A stretch of 64,000 nt of DNA from Azolla caroliniana (GCA_043228905.1 JBHGNT010000001.1:20646001-20710000); one strand, 5' to 3'; shown: positions 37,108 to 50,766, counted from the stretch's first letter. The notes: generated by a model from the letters alone, not told the origin. Numbers and translations are program-made.

Positions 37108-40100
37108 CACCGGACACCCCTTTATCGGGATGTCGTCCAAGAATGGCATGGTGATGTCCGGGATACAATCCCTGAGCACTTTGTTCATCGCGTTCACCAT
37201 GTGAGCCACTGAGTTTGTCCCTCCTTGTGGTAGGGTACACATCTACACTAGGCCGAGAGGGGTCCGCATCGTCGTGATGTCTCTGCTCTCCATAGCTAGT
37301 TGGAACTGATCGTACCCCGAGTACAGATCACTGACAGAGTAAATCGACCTTCCGATGAAGGCCTCTGCGAACTCATCTATGGTCGGCCCGATTCTTGTGT
37401 TACGGATGGTCACCTTGTTGACTGGTTGTAGGTCCTGAATGAAGCGCAACGTGCCGTTCTTCTTCGGCACCATAAACCACTGATTCGAATACGGGGCACT
37501 CAACGGTTCGAGGATGCCCATCTCCACCTTTTGCTTCAGAAGCTCCATCAACTTCGGGATGTGAGCTCTCGGCACTGGAATTGGTTTGAGATTCCACGGT
37601 ACATGCGGTACCGTGAAGATCACCATCGGTTCGACTATCGTCAGGTCTACACACCCGATCTCCTCCGGTGAGAACCCAAAGGCTTTCCCATGCCTTCAGA
37701 GCATTCTCCGAAACCTGTCCTCCTCCACCGGTAGTAGAAAGCCACCCCCACCAACCTTGAGCTCCCATAGCGTTATGTCGGTGAACCGGTGCCCTATGCC
37801 AGCCGGATTCCGTAAACTCGGGTCCGACGCGACCCCTTTTATCCACTCGCTGCCCTCCGGCAAGGGTGCCGCTACTGGCCTCACCTTCCGGTCCAGAATC
37901 TTGTACTTTGTATACACACAGGCCTTCCGATCCGACCCGATCCTTTCCCCGAAGTCCGCGATGACTTCGTACATTCCCATCGATCCTATCGGAACGGTTC
38001 GATCTTCTCTAAGGTCTTCACCGATCACCTTTCGCAACTCGCCCAAGGTGTCGTCAAAAGAGACCACCTCCATGGCGCCACCAATCTCTTCATCGGGGGA
38101 GAGGACTCCGCATCCCTTGAGCCGCTCCGCTCGCTTCCTTTCCCTGCCGCTGACACTGGCTATAGTACAACGTCCATTTTCGGAAAACCAAAACTTCCTA
38201 CCTACTGTACATGTGTGGGGTTCTTCCGGTACGTCCAGACTACTGCGGCCCCACGCCTTGATAGCCCTCTCTAAAAATCCCCTCGGTTGTCACCGCCGAG
38301 GGTCTCGCGATTCCTCTCATGGTTCGGTCGTACGGTCATGAATTGGACGGAATGCCGACCGTCCTGGCTCTTGACGCGCGCATACGCCGAACCGTTGTCC
38401 AGCACCTTTGTCTCCATGCGTGGTGCCGCAATGTATGGTTCGCCGAGAATCACCAGGTGCGAGGATGTTTCCTGCACGAAGAAATGTTTATCTATCTCGA
38501 CGTCACCGACCTTTACGCGTATATTCGGGCACGCGCCATGCAGCTCCTCCGTAGCACGCGTCGCCGCGCGTATCTTCCACCCATGCTTGGTGTTGATCGG
38601 TCATTTACCCCTCTTGTAGAAATCCATGGACATAAGGTTGATTTTGGATCCATGGTCTACCAAGGCCACCACCGGTTACGGAACATCGCCGATCCACACA
38701 AGGGTTTCCGTAGTTGCCCTGGCCCAATGCGGCTTCGCGTAGTGGCTTTCCGCCAACTCTTCTTCTAGGGTCGCGTCCTCTATGTGCGTCATTCGCACTT
38801 CCACCGGTTTCTCCTGCTGTGGCTCCGTCGATAGCCTTTTCCTCTTCACCAAGTCTACGATGGAGTCGTGGAACTCCTTCTTGGCAATCCCGAGCACTTC
38901 TCTCAACGACAGCTCCACTTTGTTGTCGAGGATACGTTCCTCTAGGACCTTTCGCAGGTCTGTGGTCCTTTCGATTTCGGTGCTCAACCGAAACTCCGCC
39001 TAGTTCTTTCCGTCCGGCGCACCTGGCTTGCCGGCACTGGTCGGTTTCAGTCCGAACCGGGTCTCATACCTCTACGGGGAAACCACCCCCCCGGCCTTTC
39101 CTGCCCGTTTGTCTTCCACCAGAACCTCGTAGTTCTGGCAAGCGGCTTCAAGGAAGCCCGTTTCTCCTGGACCCGTTGTTCCGCGCGGTCCGCCTCTTCC
39201 TTCTTCAGCCGAACTCCGGAGAAGCCTTCTAGCACTAGCGGTCAGAATCCAGAGTCCTTCACCTTTCGGGACTTGTCGCCCCCGACCTGAATTCCCGCCG
39301 ACACTGAGTAGTTAACAACTTCAATGTGTCGTGTCGCGGCCTCTTCCATCAACCTCTTCATTCCGTTGCGCCCCGTATTTAGTTCTACGGCTCTCCGGGT
39401 CTCGCTCGCGTGCACCCGCCTGTTCCAGAGGTACACCACGTTTGTCCTAAGCATGTCGGTGAAATCCGCGCAATCCTTCTGAATGTGACCGATCGCGTCA
39501 CACCACATGCACCGCTGCCCAGCCGGCGGCCTCCGGTCGTGAGGTTGTTCGCCGCTGTCTCTCCGGGCCTGGGCGATTTGCATATCGCGCACCATCTGTG
39601 TCAGCTCCTCCAGAGCCGCTCCTCCGGATGGGCCTCTAACCACGTCATTCGATGCCCACCCCGACTCTAGCGAGATTCGGGTCTCTTCCTTCCTACCGGC
39701 TCCTCGAGCCTCCTCCCCGGGACCGGCCCTGACCCCAATGAGCTTCCGTCGCTCCAATCGCACCGTTTGTCGAAACGGCTGCAGACCCGTTTCACCACAA
39801 GCCAATCTACCGTGAGCCCTTTGTCTGTTTCCAATAGGGGACCCACCTTTTCCCTGTCGAGCGCGTCCACCGACTTGACAAACAGTAGTACTCGACTCAT
39901 TTCAAGCACCGTCCGGTCCAGTGTCGACAACCGCGCGAACCGTTTTTCGAACTCCTAGAGGAGCACCGACGTGTTCCTCCCTTTTCTGGGGCTTTCCACC
40001 CACGCCATGAAGTCCCGCGTCAATAGCCGAAGCGAGTCGTCAAACCCGTACTTCTCGAGGAGCTACAGCTCGAACTCCTCCCAAGTCTGGCATCCGGCCA

Positions 40101-40464
40101 GCACCTCGAGCACCTCCGCGTGGATGCACGGCGTCACCACCCGGGGGAATCCGGACAGCCGCCTGTCCATTGGGATATCCCTCATGATCATTTCGGCCCG
40201 ATAAGCCTCCAAATAACTTGTGATGTCTTTCCCTCCAAACCGGCCTATAGAGCCAACGATCGATTCAATGGCTCTGTCGAGGGTACCCGTCCCCTCATGA
40301 GCGCTTACCAGCCGGTCGACGGCTACTGCCATCTCCTTTGCTAGCTCTGATCCCCTCATCTTTCAACTCCTTTGCCGCCCTTTCACATCAAGCTCACCAA
40401 ATATGTCGCATTATTACGCGCATGTGCGTAGAAGGGGCGAGACCACAGGGGTCTTGGACCGAGG

Positions 40465-40467
<3 letters not shown>

Positions 40468-40504
<37 letters not shown>
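40468..40504 (+). repeat. (GA)n microsatellite in the Gypsy C LTR
   Basis: Uninterrupted GA run. Confidence 0.95.
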
Positions 40505-40508
<4 letters not shown>

Positions 40509-41089
40509 GCAAAAGTGAGAAGGAGAGATATAGAACGGAACACTTGATTACAATAACAAGAGATTACAAACTCCGACGGTTACAACCGGCAAGGCGGCGA
40601 TGGGCCCGACACGGGGACCCTACTCACGCACACTGACGGAACACACTGGACCCAGAGAAAACGCAGAAGGAAAAGCCTCTGTTGGCAGCACACGGGCTAC
40701 CCACGAAGCAGAGGCGTCGAACTCCCCACACCCACAGAGAATGACGGTCGGCGGAGGAGAGCGAGTTCGGCTCTCGGTCCTGCAACACTTCCTCCTCCTT
40801 AACGCGCGATCCCCCCCTTCTCTTCCTTCTCTCCTCTCCTTAAATAGTTCCCAAAAAGGGGTGCCCCTTTTCCCTAGTCAAATCTCTTTATTCCCTGTCC
40901 CTTCTGACAGAGATACGCACAATCCCTCCTAATAAATGTGCACTACTTAGTATTTACATCAGTTGATCCATTTATGAATCATCATCAAAATACTAAGTCA
41001 TGCGTCCATCCGTGTAAGAGCCGGTTCATGCGCCTTTTTGCCCGAATCCGCCTATGGCCGGTTTTCTTCATGACACCGTCTCTAGGCAG

Positions 41090-41725
41090 AATCGGAGAAT
41101 GATGTGCACGAACCGGCCCTTACATGCGGGCACAAGTTTTGTTGTAATGTACATATTTAGGTACAAGTCGGCTGATGTGAATATCCTAGGTCACACAGAT
41201 TTGATAGGTAGGAAATCGAGGCATATCTCTGTCTGAAAGGATAGAGAGTTAGCCTCCCTCCTTGGGCTATAAAAGAGAGGGAGAGGAATCGTAAAAGCGA
41301 TCGCTTTTGTCAAGGACGAACTGTTGTCAAACTGGGACCGAACTCTTGTCTTCCGTCTTTCTCTGTATTTCCTCTCTACAGGTTTTCAGGAGGCTAACTC
41401 TGCTCCGTGGAACGCCCAAGTGCTTCCGGCAGAGTCTCCATCTCGCTCTTCTGTGTGTGTCTGCGTAGGCGTAGGAGATTTGTCGCTCCCCGGCCTGCCG
41501 TACTGTAACCCCTTTTTCGTCAAAATATATATATATACATATACGCATTCGTCTCGTTTCCGTTGTTTCATTCGGTTGCGGTTTCTGTGTATTTGTGTGT
41601 GTGTGTGTGTGTGTGGAACAACGGTTGTTGTTTTCTTGCTCCTACTCCTGATCGGTTATTCCTCAGTCCAAGACCCCCGTGGTCCCGCCTCGTTCTATAT
41701 GCATGCACGTAACAATGTGACAACA
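41090..41725 (+). mobile_element. LTR-like fragment (TATA box, (TG)n), family unassigned
   Basis: ggctataaaagagagg at ~41265; ends ...gtgacaaca. A 47-bp piece (41119-41165) is repeated at 21210-21256. Confidence 0.45.
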
Positions 41726-41769
41726 CTGTCTCTTTGCTTCTTCGACAGCTAGAAAACATCCATTCGCCG

Positions 41770-42255
41770 ATGTTCTTTTGTGTGTTCACAGATCGACCAA
41801 GCGTGCCAAAAGTGTTATCGCCTAGATAACACGATGTCGAATATCTGGTCCTTCGTCAATTTCACTCAAGGTCTTGTGTTCAAGGAAAAGGACTCCGAAC
41901 GATATGGATTGACGTATAAATCGAACAGAATATGATTGTGCGACTAGTTTACATAACATTTACACAAAATGTAGAGACTCGACACAGAGGAGTTACGATA
42001 CAATTCTTACTCAGATTATCAGGGGTAAAAAAAAATCTATTATCAGTGCAACGATACAGAAAAGTTTGATTAACGTTTACAAGCTTCCCATGGATCTTTT
42101 TATAGAGCTCATGGATGGTTACGACTATGCATGAACCCTTACAACATATTCAATCCTTTACTATTTTTCTATTCACTATTTCCTACTCTTGCTTCTTTAT
42201 TGCATCGCTTGGTCCTTCCCACTACTAATTCGACTCGTAGCCATTTTCCGCTTTG
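41770..42255 (-). mobile_element. Family X PBS and partial 5' LTR
   Basis: accaagcgtgccaaaagtgttat junction is shared with ~20545 and ~46665. LTR body aligns with 46681-47165. Confidence 0.8.
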
Positions 42256-42299
42256 TTGAGCGAGCAAGCTCAATTGGATCCGGATTGCCTGGATAAGCT

Positions 42300-43860
42300 A
42301 GAGTCGGATTGTATCTAGATTGGTGTCCGAATTGTATCCGGAACCAAGAGTGTGAGGGTTGTCAAAGCTTCCACATATTAAATTTTACATGGTATAAGAG
42401 TGGGAGGGTTGAGAACCTCCGCAGACGACCAGCGATTACTGAAGACAAACCCTAACACCTAGTAAAGAGTGAAAGATGAACAGAGGTATGGCAAGCTCTT
42501 TTCCAAGGGAGAAGCTTGACAGACACAACTATCCATCTTGGTCATACAAGATGCACCAATATCTACTCGGACATGGATACTAGAGTTATGTTGAGGGTGC
42601 GAATGAAATAGCGTTGGAGTCATCAAAAAAGGAGTTCCCGGTATGGGAACAAGGAGCAAGCAGAGTTCTGTACTGCCTTGCGTCCTCCATGCACAACCAA
42701 ATGATCGGCTACATTAGAGATGCTAGGACGCCGAAACAAGCCTGGGAAAATTTAAAGAAGATTTTTGCACGGCTCGGAAGTTGTAGCTCCGGCAAGAGCT
42801 CAACAGTATCCGGCAACGGGACATGTCAGTTACCGACTACACCACCAAGATCAAGGAGATATGCGATGCACTAGGTTCCATCAACGTGATGGTGGACGAG
42901 GACGAGATGGTCTAGATTTGTCTTGGTGGTCTAGCACAATAGTACAGGCCAATCTGGATAGCGATTTGCACTCGAGCGAAACCACCATCCTTCTTCAACC
43001 TGCAATCGGTGCTCATGGTCGAAGAAAACCACGCAAGTGGGTCCAAGAACAGTCAATCGGACAACTGGATGTCGTACACGGAGGCGGATCGGCCCCATGG
43101 GCGTGGAGGACGAGGTGGATCAGCATGCAATGCAGGCGTCCAACAAGAGCAGAACCGGAGGCACAGAGATAGTGCCGACAGTAGTTCTTAACCGTCCACA
43201 AGCAAGGGGAGTCAAGGTGGCGCCGAAAACCGGTAAGAGAAAACCAACATGGAATGTTGGTACTGTGGAAAGAAAGGCCACCGGGAAAGTGAGTGTTGGA
43301 AGAAGTGTGTTGATTCGGATAAATCCGGATCCGGCAAGGCCAGACAAGGGAATTGGCAAAGCTCGCACTACGTTGAAGGATCAGAAGGATCTAGAATCGG
43401 GAGGACCGAAAAAGGGTCAATCTTTGTGATGAAGCACAAGGGGAACTCGATGAAGAAGATCACTTCCAAATCGTAGGAAGTGTGATATGTTGACTCTGGA
43501 GCATCTAACCACATGAAGGCCCACGAAGAGTGGTTCTCGATTCTGGAAAAGCCGGAGCAACCAGGAGTTGTTGAAACCGGAGATAACACTCCCCACCCAA
43601 TTGTAAATGTCGGATAAGTCCCTTTAAGCCATGTCGGACAAAAGGGAAAGCTGATGAATGTACTACATGTTTCGACAATCACAAAGAACCTGGTGTCGGT
43701 CTGGCAGATCGTTGACTAGGGGATGCAGGTGCGGTTTACACACCTCAGGTGCTTCATTGAGGAAGAAGATCAGATAATCGCGCAAGGACGCAGGGATGGG
43801 AGGATGTTTACCCTCGACACCAATGACATAGGCACCACCTTGTTTGCCAAAGGACAAAAG
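42300..43860 (+). mobile_element. Ty1/Copia element C, 5' fragment (LTR end, PBS, gag, protease)
   Basis: ...ttttaca followed by tggtataagagt (degenerate iMet PBS, 42390-42401). AWENLKKIF, CWYCGKKGHRESEC and YVDSGASNHM motifs. Breaks off before integrase. Confidence 0.85.
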
Positions 43861-44234
43861 GCAATGCCAAACTACAAAAGGCAATGTGAACAACCATAAG
43901 GTGGAAGTGGCTAAAGGTAGCACGACAAAAGCAATGCCAAACTACAAAATTCCTCCACACTCGTTTGAGAGACTTGGGCATTAATCGATGTAAGACCCAA
44001 GCGAAGGACGATGGCGGCGAGGAAGCAAGGGTTAAAGCCAATGTGTGCAACAAGGAAGTAAAGCAAAGCAAAATGATGAAAGTCCATGCATGCAACAAAG
44101 AGGTCAAGAAAAGCATGAAGACAAAAGCAAATGTGTGCGACAAAGAGACCAATCAAACCTCAAAAAGTAAAGATGTGGGCCAAGTGGGCCAAGCAGATAC
44201 GAAAGATGTGATCACAAAATCTAACAAGGATAAT

Positions 44235-46123
44235 CACTTGGTGGGATGCTTGGCTTATAATAGGTCAGTTGGACCTCACGTCTTCATTACATACCCCAGT
44301 GTTCACAATGACCCTAACCTAACAGTTACAGTCATTCATCGAGTTTTGATGTCTTGGGGCCAACCATTCCCCCCTGTTCTATACATTCAATTGTACAATA
44401 CTACTAGAGATGACAAAAATTCAACTATGTTTGGCTATCTAAGTATGTTGGTCAACCAAGGATTGTTTAGAAAAGTCAAAGTCAATTTTCTTTTGGTTGG
44501 CCACACACATAATCATATAGATCAGATGTTTAGCACATTCTCTAGATAGTTGTCTCGACATGATGCTTTCACATTACCTAAACTATTTGATGTCATTTGT
44601 GATGCATATACACCACGCCCAAAAGTGTTACACTTGGAGGTATATCACTTTAAGAGATATATATCATATGGGGGTATTGGGAATGTTAAAGTGCTCGCCA
44701 AGTTAAACAATATAAGCTTCAATAACATTTTTATGATAAAGAAAAATGAAATAAGTGGTTCTACACTTTTGTATGCTAAACAATATTCATCTTCTACAAC
44801 ATGGGAACTTGAAGGTGGTTGCCAGTTATTACTTTGTATGCTGAGTACAATTGTCCATGGAGCTAAACAAATGCCAATTGAGAAGAAAGGACAATTGCAT
44901 AGTGATTTCGTATCGGAACGAAAACGGTTATGGCTTCAAGCCTTAGAAGAAAAAAGAAAGCATATTGAGGTTGCCAAGAAATATGCCGCACAACAAGACA
45001 CGTCATGGTGGGATGTATTTTTTAGTGATCAGAAAGGAATTATAGACAATTGTGTATTTGGTGATAATTGGAATTTGGAAACGCCGTTCACATGGTCGCT
45101 ACAACATGATCATGTAAATAAAACTCCGGAGCAACCAGCAAATGCGATTAATGACAGTTTGGTCCATCCACAACAAAGAGACATTTATGTGGGACCAAGG
45201 ATGATCAAAGCAGCCGAAGCTAGATGGCAAGGCAATTTGCAAGAGCTCGCAGTGTGGATGTTGATTGCAATGCCGGCTGATGAGAACTCACATGGCCACC
45301 AATTTTGGGTTGGTAAAATTCTAGAAGTGTTAATGCATCAAATAGAAAACACGATCAAGTCTATAAACGTTCATTGGTACAACACTAGAAGTGCAAAGGC
45401 TTTTACAGGTAAGTATACATTGGAGATGATTGAATGCCCAACGAGAAGGGGAGGTAGGAAGATGAAGCGAAACATTCGTAACACCTCGACCCTTGATATC
45501 TCAAATGTGGATATCATCGTGTACGACTTCACGCTTACAAAAGCCGGATGATTAAGGAAGTCAACAATAGATATAATAAAAGAAAAATTACCACGTCTAC
45601 AAGCTGGCTCGAGTCGAAGCCAAACGAGATCTACTACATATAATCTAGAGTCAAACCATTTGGTTTATGACGAAGATAATGCACTGATTGGTACATCCGA
45701 GAATGACGAGGAGGAATCGTCATTGTATATTAGTTATAGTAGTGATTCTCCATAAAGGAGTGATCATGAATGTATTTTTGGCGATTAAGTGTAACTACAT
45801 TCTGCTTGTAACAAATCAAGTAATATAAAAGCATGTGTTTTGAATTCTTATCATTTCTAAAAAATCGTTTCTTATAAAATAACATTGGTTGTAAAGTTTG
45901 TGATATAAATTGAGAATGTAACTTTTTGAAATTCCTCTTTTTTTATTTATTTCTAAATCACGAAAATAGTGGATTTTTAACCTTTTTCATAGTATATTTG
46001 AACATGTATGATACTGGTATCAATGTGTTTTGTAAAATCATTGAAAAAGTAATAAAATCAACCAAAATATTCCTTATCCTTCCATTTATACGCGATCCTT
46101 CCTCTTGTGAACGTGAACGTGTT
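44235..46123 (+). mobile_element. 5'-truncated second Sola1-like transposon (transposase C-terminal two-thirds, pseudogene)
   Basis: HLVGCLAY...HNDPNLTVTV...LYIQLYNTTRDDKNS...FLLVGHTHNHIDQMFS...FWVGKI..VHWY...DFTLTK is clearly paralogous to 56500-57850. Putative right end ...GTGTT at 46123 has the same terminal pentamer as 58356. Confidence 0.85.
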
Positions 46124-46229
46124 AGATAGAAGGGGCGGGTGAATGAGTGTCAATGTTGTATGTCATGATGGTGGGAGAAAACCGGTGCCGTCGTCGCAAA
46201 TGCCAATCAACGTTTTTCGAGGGAACATG

Positions 46230-47165
46230 TTGGCTTGCCACGTGTTGAGAAATGACCTCACATGTGCGCCTACGTCGGGCTCACCGTTCTAGTAGGGGTA
46301 CGAAAACGTCATGGTGTCGGAGCTATAAAGGATGATGTTGTTGTGGGCATGATCCGTCCTAAGCGGTGTGTAGTTAATGTTGTGGTTGGCCTCCACACCA
46401 CTTTCGTTGGTGACTTTGAGATCTAGGTAAACTTTGGAGATGGCCTCCTGTCCTATGGAGCTTTGTTCGGTGACCGTGGACTTGATCACGCTTTCGTCAA
46501 GATCTGGTATGAGAATGTTTAGTCATGACTTTTCCAAGGCGAGCTCTATCACACGTCTGGATTCCACCCGCGTCTGAGGTTTACCTCGTCGCACTATCTC
46601 TTTGCTTCCTCGGTAGCTAGACGACATCCATTCCTAGATGTTCTTCTATGTGGTCACAAATCGACCAAGCGTGCCAAAAGTGTTATCCGCCTGGATAACA
46701 CATTGTCGAATATCCGGTCCTTCAATTATTTGACTCAAGGTCTTGTGTTCGGGGAAAAGGAGTTCTAACTTCTCTAAATCGTTCAGGACTCCGAATGGTA
46801 TGGATTGACGTATGAACCAAACAAAGTATGATTGTGCAACTTTGGAGATGACCAAGCCGGCTACAACTTTGAGACCTGACACAAAGGAGTTACGACACAG
46901 AGGAGTTACGATAGAGTTCTTACTCAGAGTATTAGTGGTAAACAAAATTCTATTATCGGTGCAATGATATAGAAAAGTTCGATTAACGTTTACAAGATTC
47001 CCATGGCTCTTTTTATAGAGATCATGGACGGTTATGATTGTGCGTGAACCGTTACTGCATATTCAATACTTTACTATTTTTCTATTCACTATTTCCTACT
47101 CTCACTTCTTTATTGCGTCGCTCGGTCCTACCCACTACTAATTCGACTCGTAGCCGTTTTCTGCC
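46230..47165 (-). mobile_element. Family X fragment: partial 5' LTR, PBS, gag start
   Basis: ORF 46289-46489 is homologous to 19893-20372. PBS/LTR junction at 46665-46700. Confidence 0.85.
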
Positions 47166-47179
47166 TCTTCCACACTTGG

Positions 47180-47915
47180 TCGTTCGAACTGGCCAATAAG
47201 TAGATCGGAATCGGAGTGGGAACTTCGACCCATAAATCTTTCAATAGCCGCCGAAGCCATATGGCTTCACAGGTCGCGATGGTGGTGCCTCTATACTAAG
47301 CCTTAGTACTTGATAGGGCCCTTGTCTTCTATCTTGCTGCTCCAGGCAACAATCGTGCTTTCAAGAGGAAACATGAAACCCGATGTTGATCACCGATCCG
47401 ATGCATCTCCGCCCAGTCGGCATCCGTATAGCCGACTAGTTGTTCGGCTACCCTATACCGATATAGTAGTCCTCGATCCTTCATGCTGCTTATATATCTC
47501 AATAGTTGATGCACGCACTGAAGATGTTCAATAGTCGGTGCATGAACTGATTTATCACCCCGACCAAATAGCTAAGGTTGGGTAGAATGATAGTTAAATA
47601 TATAAAGCTTCCGACAATTTTCTCGGAACTGTTTCTAATCGCACACTGGTCTCGAGTCAGGACGTAGCTTCAGGTTTCTGTCAAGTGTTGTGGAGACGGA
47701 TCGGAAATCCGTTGTGCCGAATTTCAACTACATATTCAAAACATAGTGTCGTTGAGACCACAATATGTTGTCAGGGTGTGGATCACTTCGATCTGGAGGA
47801 AGTAGTGAAGGTCCTCCAAGTCCTTCATCTCAAATGTGTCCCACAACTTGGACTTTACTTAACTGATTTCAGCAAAGTCGGGTTCGGTGACGACCAGGTT
47901 GTCCACGTATAGCAG
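47180..47915 (-). mobile_element. Decayed Copia RT/RNaseH fragment
   Basis: YVDNLVV, EMKDL, GYTDADWA and TCEAIWLRRLLKDL motifs across frames. Confidence 0.8.
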
Positions 47916-48639
47916 AATGCAAACCGGACCCTTCGGATCTTTCCGGATGAACAAGGAAGTGTCAGATTTGGAGGCCGCAAACTATTAGGAATATGTCCCT
48001 CCAATGGGAGGAGCCGACCGTTCGGGCCAAGAAGTGCCGAGAGTCGAAGCCTAGGAGGAGCCAACTTTTCGGGTCGAGTACCAATGGTTGAAGAATCAAC
48101 TGAGAGAAAATCAACTATCCGAGTCGATTGGGTGAGTCAACAGAAAGGAGATCCAGGTCGAAGACGCGAGCAACTACTCAGGCCAACCAGATAGTCGATG
48201 ACCAGGCCGACTAGTCGGACCGACTGGACAATCGACACTAGAGTCAATTGATTAGTAACACTATTATTGTTATTATTGGATAATAATAATGGCCATGATT
48301 GTAAATAGCTCATTCTGTGTATTAGTATAAATACAACTAAGGAAAACAGAACATATAGAGATAGATGTGTGAGCCTCTGTAGCGTAGTGCGATAGAGAAG
48401 AGAGTGTGTATGAGCGTGAGTGTGTGAGCAGCGCCATAGCTGTGTTTTAGAAACAGCATACGTCAAGAGTCCTAAGAGGTTTTTTACACTCTGTGTAGAG
48501 AGTGTTGTACTCTGATCTCGTTGTTATATATCCATTATATAGTGAAGCTCCATTCTCCATGGATTTCACCCGCTTTAGGGTTTCCACGTTAAATCTGTGT
48601 ATATTGTTTTCTGTGCGTTAGAGTTGTGTATTTCAGCAT

Positions 48640-50766
48640 ATTCTTTTTCAAGTGGATTGATGATTCGTTTCTTGACAAACTGGGCGTCTTTTACCGAGGT
48701 TGTGTTGGCCTCCGGTTGTGCATTAGTTTCCGGAGCTTCCTTCTGTAGATTAGCTGGTTCTACCAGGTCAGTTTTGAAGCTTGTGCTTTGGCCCATCTTT
48801 GACATAAGGACCCCAAACTCCTTAGCCCTTGACAGCTCCTCCTCCAAGCTCCGAATCTGATTTCGGGCTTTTTCCAATTCTTCGGGTTGTTGTCAGCAAC
48901 CATTCCACTTGTCTCCGCTCCACCCGTTGTTCTTCATCCATCCGGTAAGCAAGACCGGAAACGTGCTTGCCAAGCCATTCGAACCATTTCCTGCAGGTTT
49001 TGTGTTGTGTGAGTGCAGCGAACTACTGCATTGGCTCCAGTCGTAGTTCCTCCTCCTCCCTGAGCCATTGTGCAACCGGCTCTTCCTACTCCAGTGTCTG
49101 CTCCAACCCGCATTCTTCTTTTTGCTGCCCTAAAAGACCCGGTGATGTATGTCCCTCTAACTCTGGTTCCGATTGAACCGTCTTCACCGCATCTTATTTG
49201 TTAACTGATTCCATTTCCAGTATGGGTTCCACCACCGTTGAGTAGGGAATCGTTGTACAGTCCTTCTCCGAACCCGATCCTTCCCCTTGTTGCTCACTGT
49301 TGCGCTTCTGTGGGCGTCGCTGGAGGGTTTCAGTTGGTTCCTCTTTAGCCTCCTCTTCCGTGGTTTCCTGGTTTACCCTGTGTACCAGTTCCTCCTAGTC
49401 TCTTTCATGTCGTCGCAGCTTTATCTTGATTGGTTTCGCCAGCTTTGTCTTCTCCGCCAACTATATCTCCTTTCCTATTAGCACGGTAAGTTGTTATGTA
49501 TCATTGTCAACTAGATTTTATTCTTCTAATGCAAAAGCTTGTACTCGTTGGGAGACCTACATTTCTCTCTCCATGGCCTCTTATTGTAGACGTAACTCTC
49601 AGAGAGTTTTGTCATCTAATGGTTCCTCGATATCCAAAATATCATCCTTTTCTTCATTAGATATGTAGGGAGTGATTATATCGACAATGTCGATCTCGAA
49701 TACTGGAATGATTTTTGGGTTTTCTTCAAAATACTAATGAACTACCCCATCATCCAAGCCTTCCATCATATTGACGAATTCGGCATATAAAGGTATGCAG
49801 TCCTTCTGAGTTAACATCCTAACTTTAGTTTTGCCCTTCTAGAATGTCAGAAGATTTTCCCGCTAATTTTGCTTGATATTGGTTGTCCGTAGCCATGGTA
49901 AACCCAATAGTAGAGGATAAGCCCCTTGTGCCTCTAGCTTTAAAACTATTGTTGATATTTGGAATGTATGCCCACCAATGATGACATCGAGTTGCCGAAT
50001 TAAGCCTAACAGTCGTACTATTCTTGTATCTGCCATTCTTAACCAGAATGGACAAGTTTCCCATTTTATACCTAGTCGATCACAGGTCAACTTGTTAATG
50101 ACATTTACACCTGAACCCCCATCAACTATACTTCCCGAGACTTCTTGTCCTTGGAATATCACTTTAATACTTGTCTTGTCTTATTTTTGGTGATCATTTG
50201 AGCCACTTTGTCTGCAAAATAGGGCACTAATTTTAGTAACGCAGACAATGACAACAAAAAAAATTAATCCGCCAAGGCTTGCCAAACTTCATCATTCTTA
50301 GCATCTGTTTTAGTGGGTGTGTCGGCTTGTCGACTATCAAATGTGACAATCGGTCCTATACTTTCTTGCAGCATTCTAGCAACATTGTTGTTCTTTGCTT
50401 CCTCCGCCCATTCATTTGCTACTTTTCAAACCTCCTACTGTATATCCCATTCTGATTGTTTCGCTTTACTACGGGTGGTGACTTGTTGCACTTCAGCAGT
50501 AACCATATTAACTGCTAGTACTTTCCCTTAGTCTTTTCTTGGGCATTGATTGGAAAATGACCATCATACTTGAAAATATAGCAATTTAGTACAGATGATC
50601 TATTGGATTCACCATTTTCATATTGAGACCGTTGAACATCTTGTGGTTCGGAGTCATCTCTAGCTCTAGAATCATGTTGAAATTGTCGAGATTCTTTTGA
50701 TTTTCTGTTATCATGGAACCAACGATTCGGTGGTTGATTATCCTCATTTCTCCTTTCATCAAGATA
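48640..50766 (-). mobile_element. Decayed Gypsy-like gag-protease region, host of the Sola1-like insertion (continues at 58357-58700)
   Basis: Protease IVDGGSGVNVI...YPLLLGLPWL (49863-50162) and a CCHC remnant at ~50540-50585. The frame is restored across the 50767-58356 insertion. Confidence 0.8.

Larger units (their letters stand above)
35422..41075 (-). mobile_element. Ty3/Gypsy element C (close relative of D), truncated after RNaseH
   Basis: 5' LTR 40404-41075 (tgtcg...tcttcatgaca) and PBS 40383-40399. gag (CMWCDAIGHIQKDC), PR (HWARATTE, DHGS), RT (FLDDIPIKG), RNaseH (KRELWGVV, DNAMADMLSR). Confidence 0.93.

Noticed and set aside
36688-37212. 174-aa ORF with LHHPALRSRVLVIRFS repeats
   Set aside because: Translation of the 54-bp repeat within a solo LTR.
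40403-40636. ORFs with ERERER runs
   Set aside because: Translation of a (GA)n microsatellite inside an LTR.
29102-41080. One giant LTR element from 29107 to 41075
   Set aside because: The outer LTRs belong to different subfamilies, and the flanks (cacgg / ccgtc) are not a direct TSD; these are two elements fused by deletion.
43965-44549. Novel 194-aa protein
   Set aside because: Chance read-through from low-complexity filler into the truncated Sola1-like transposase.
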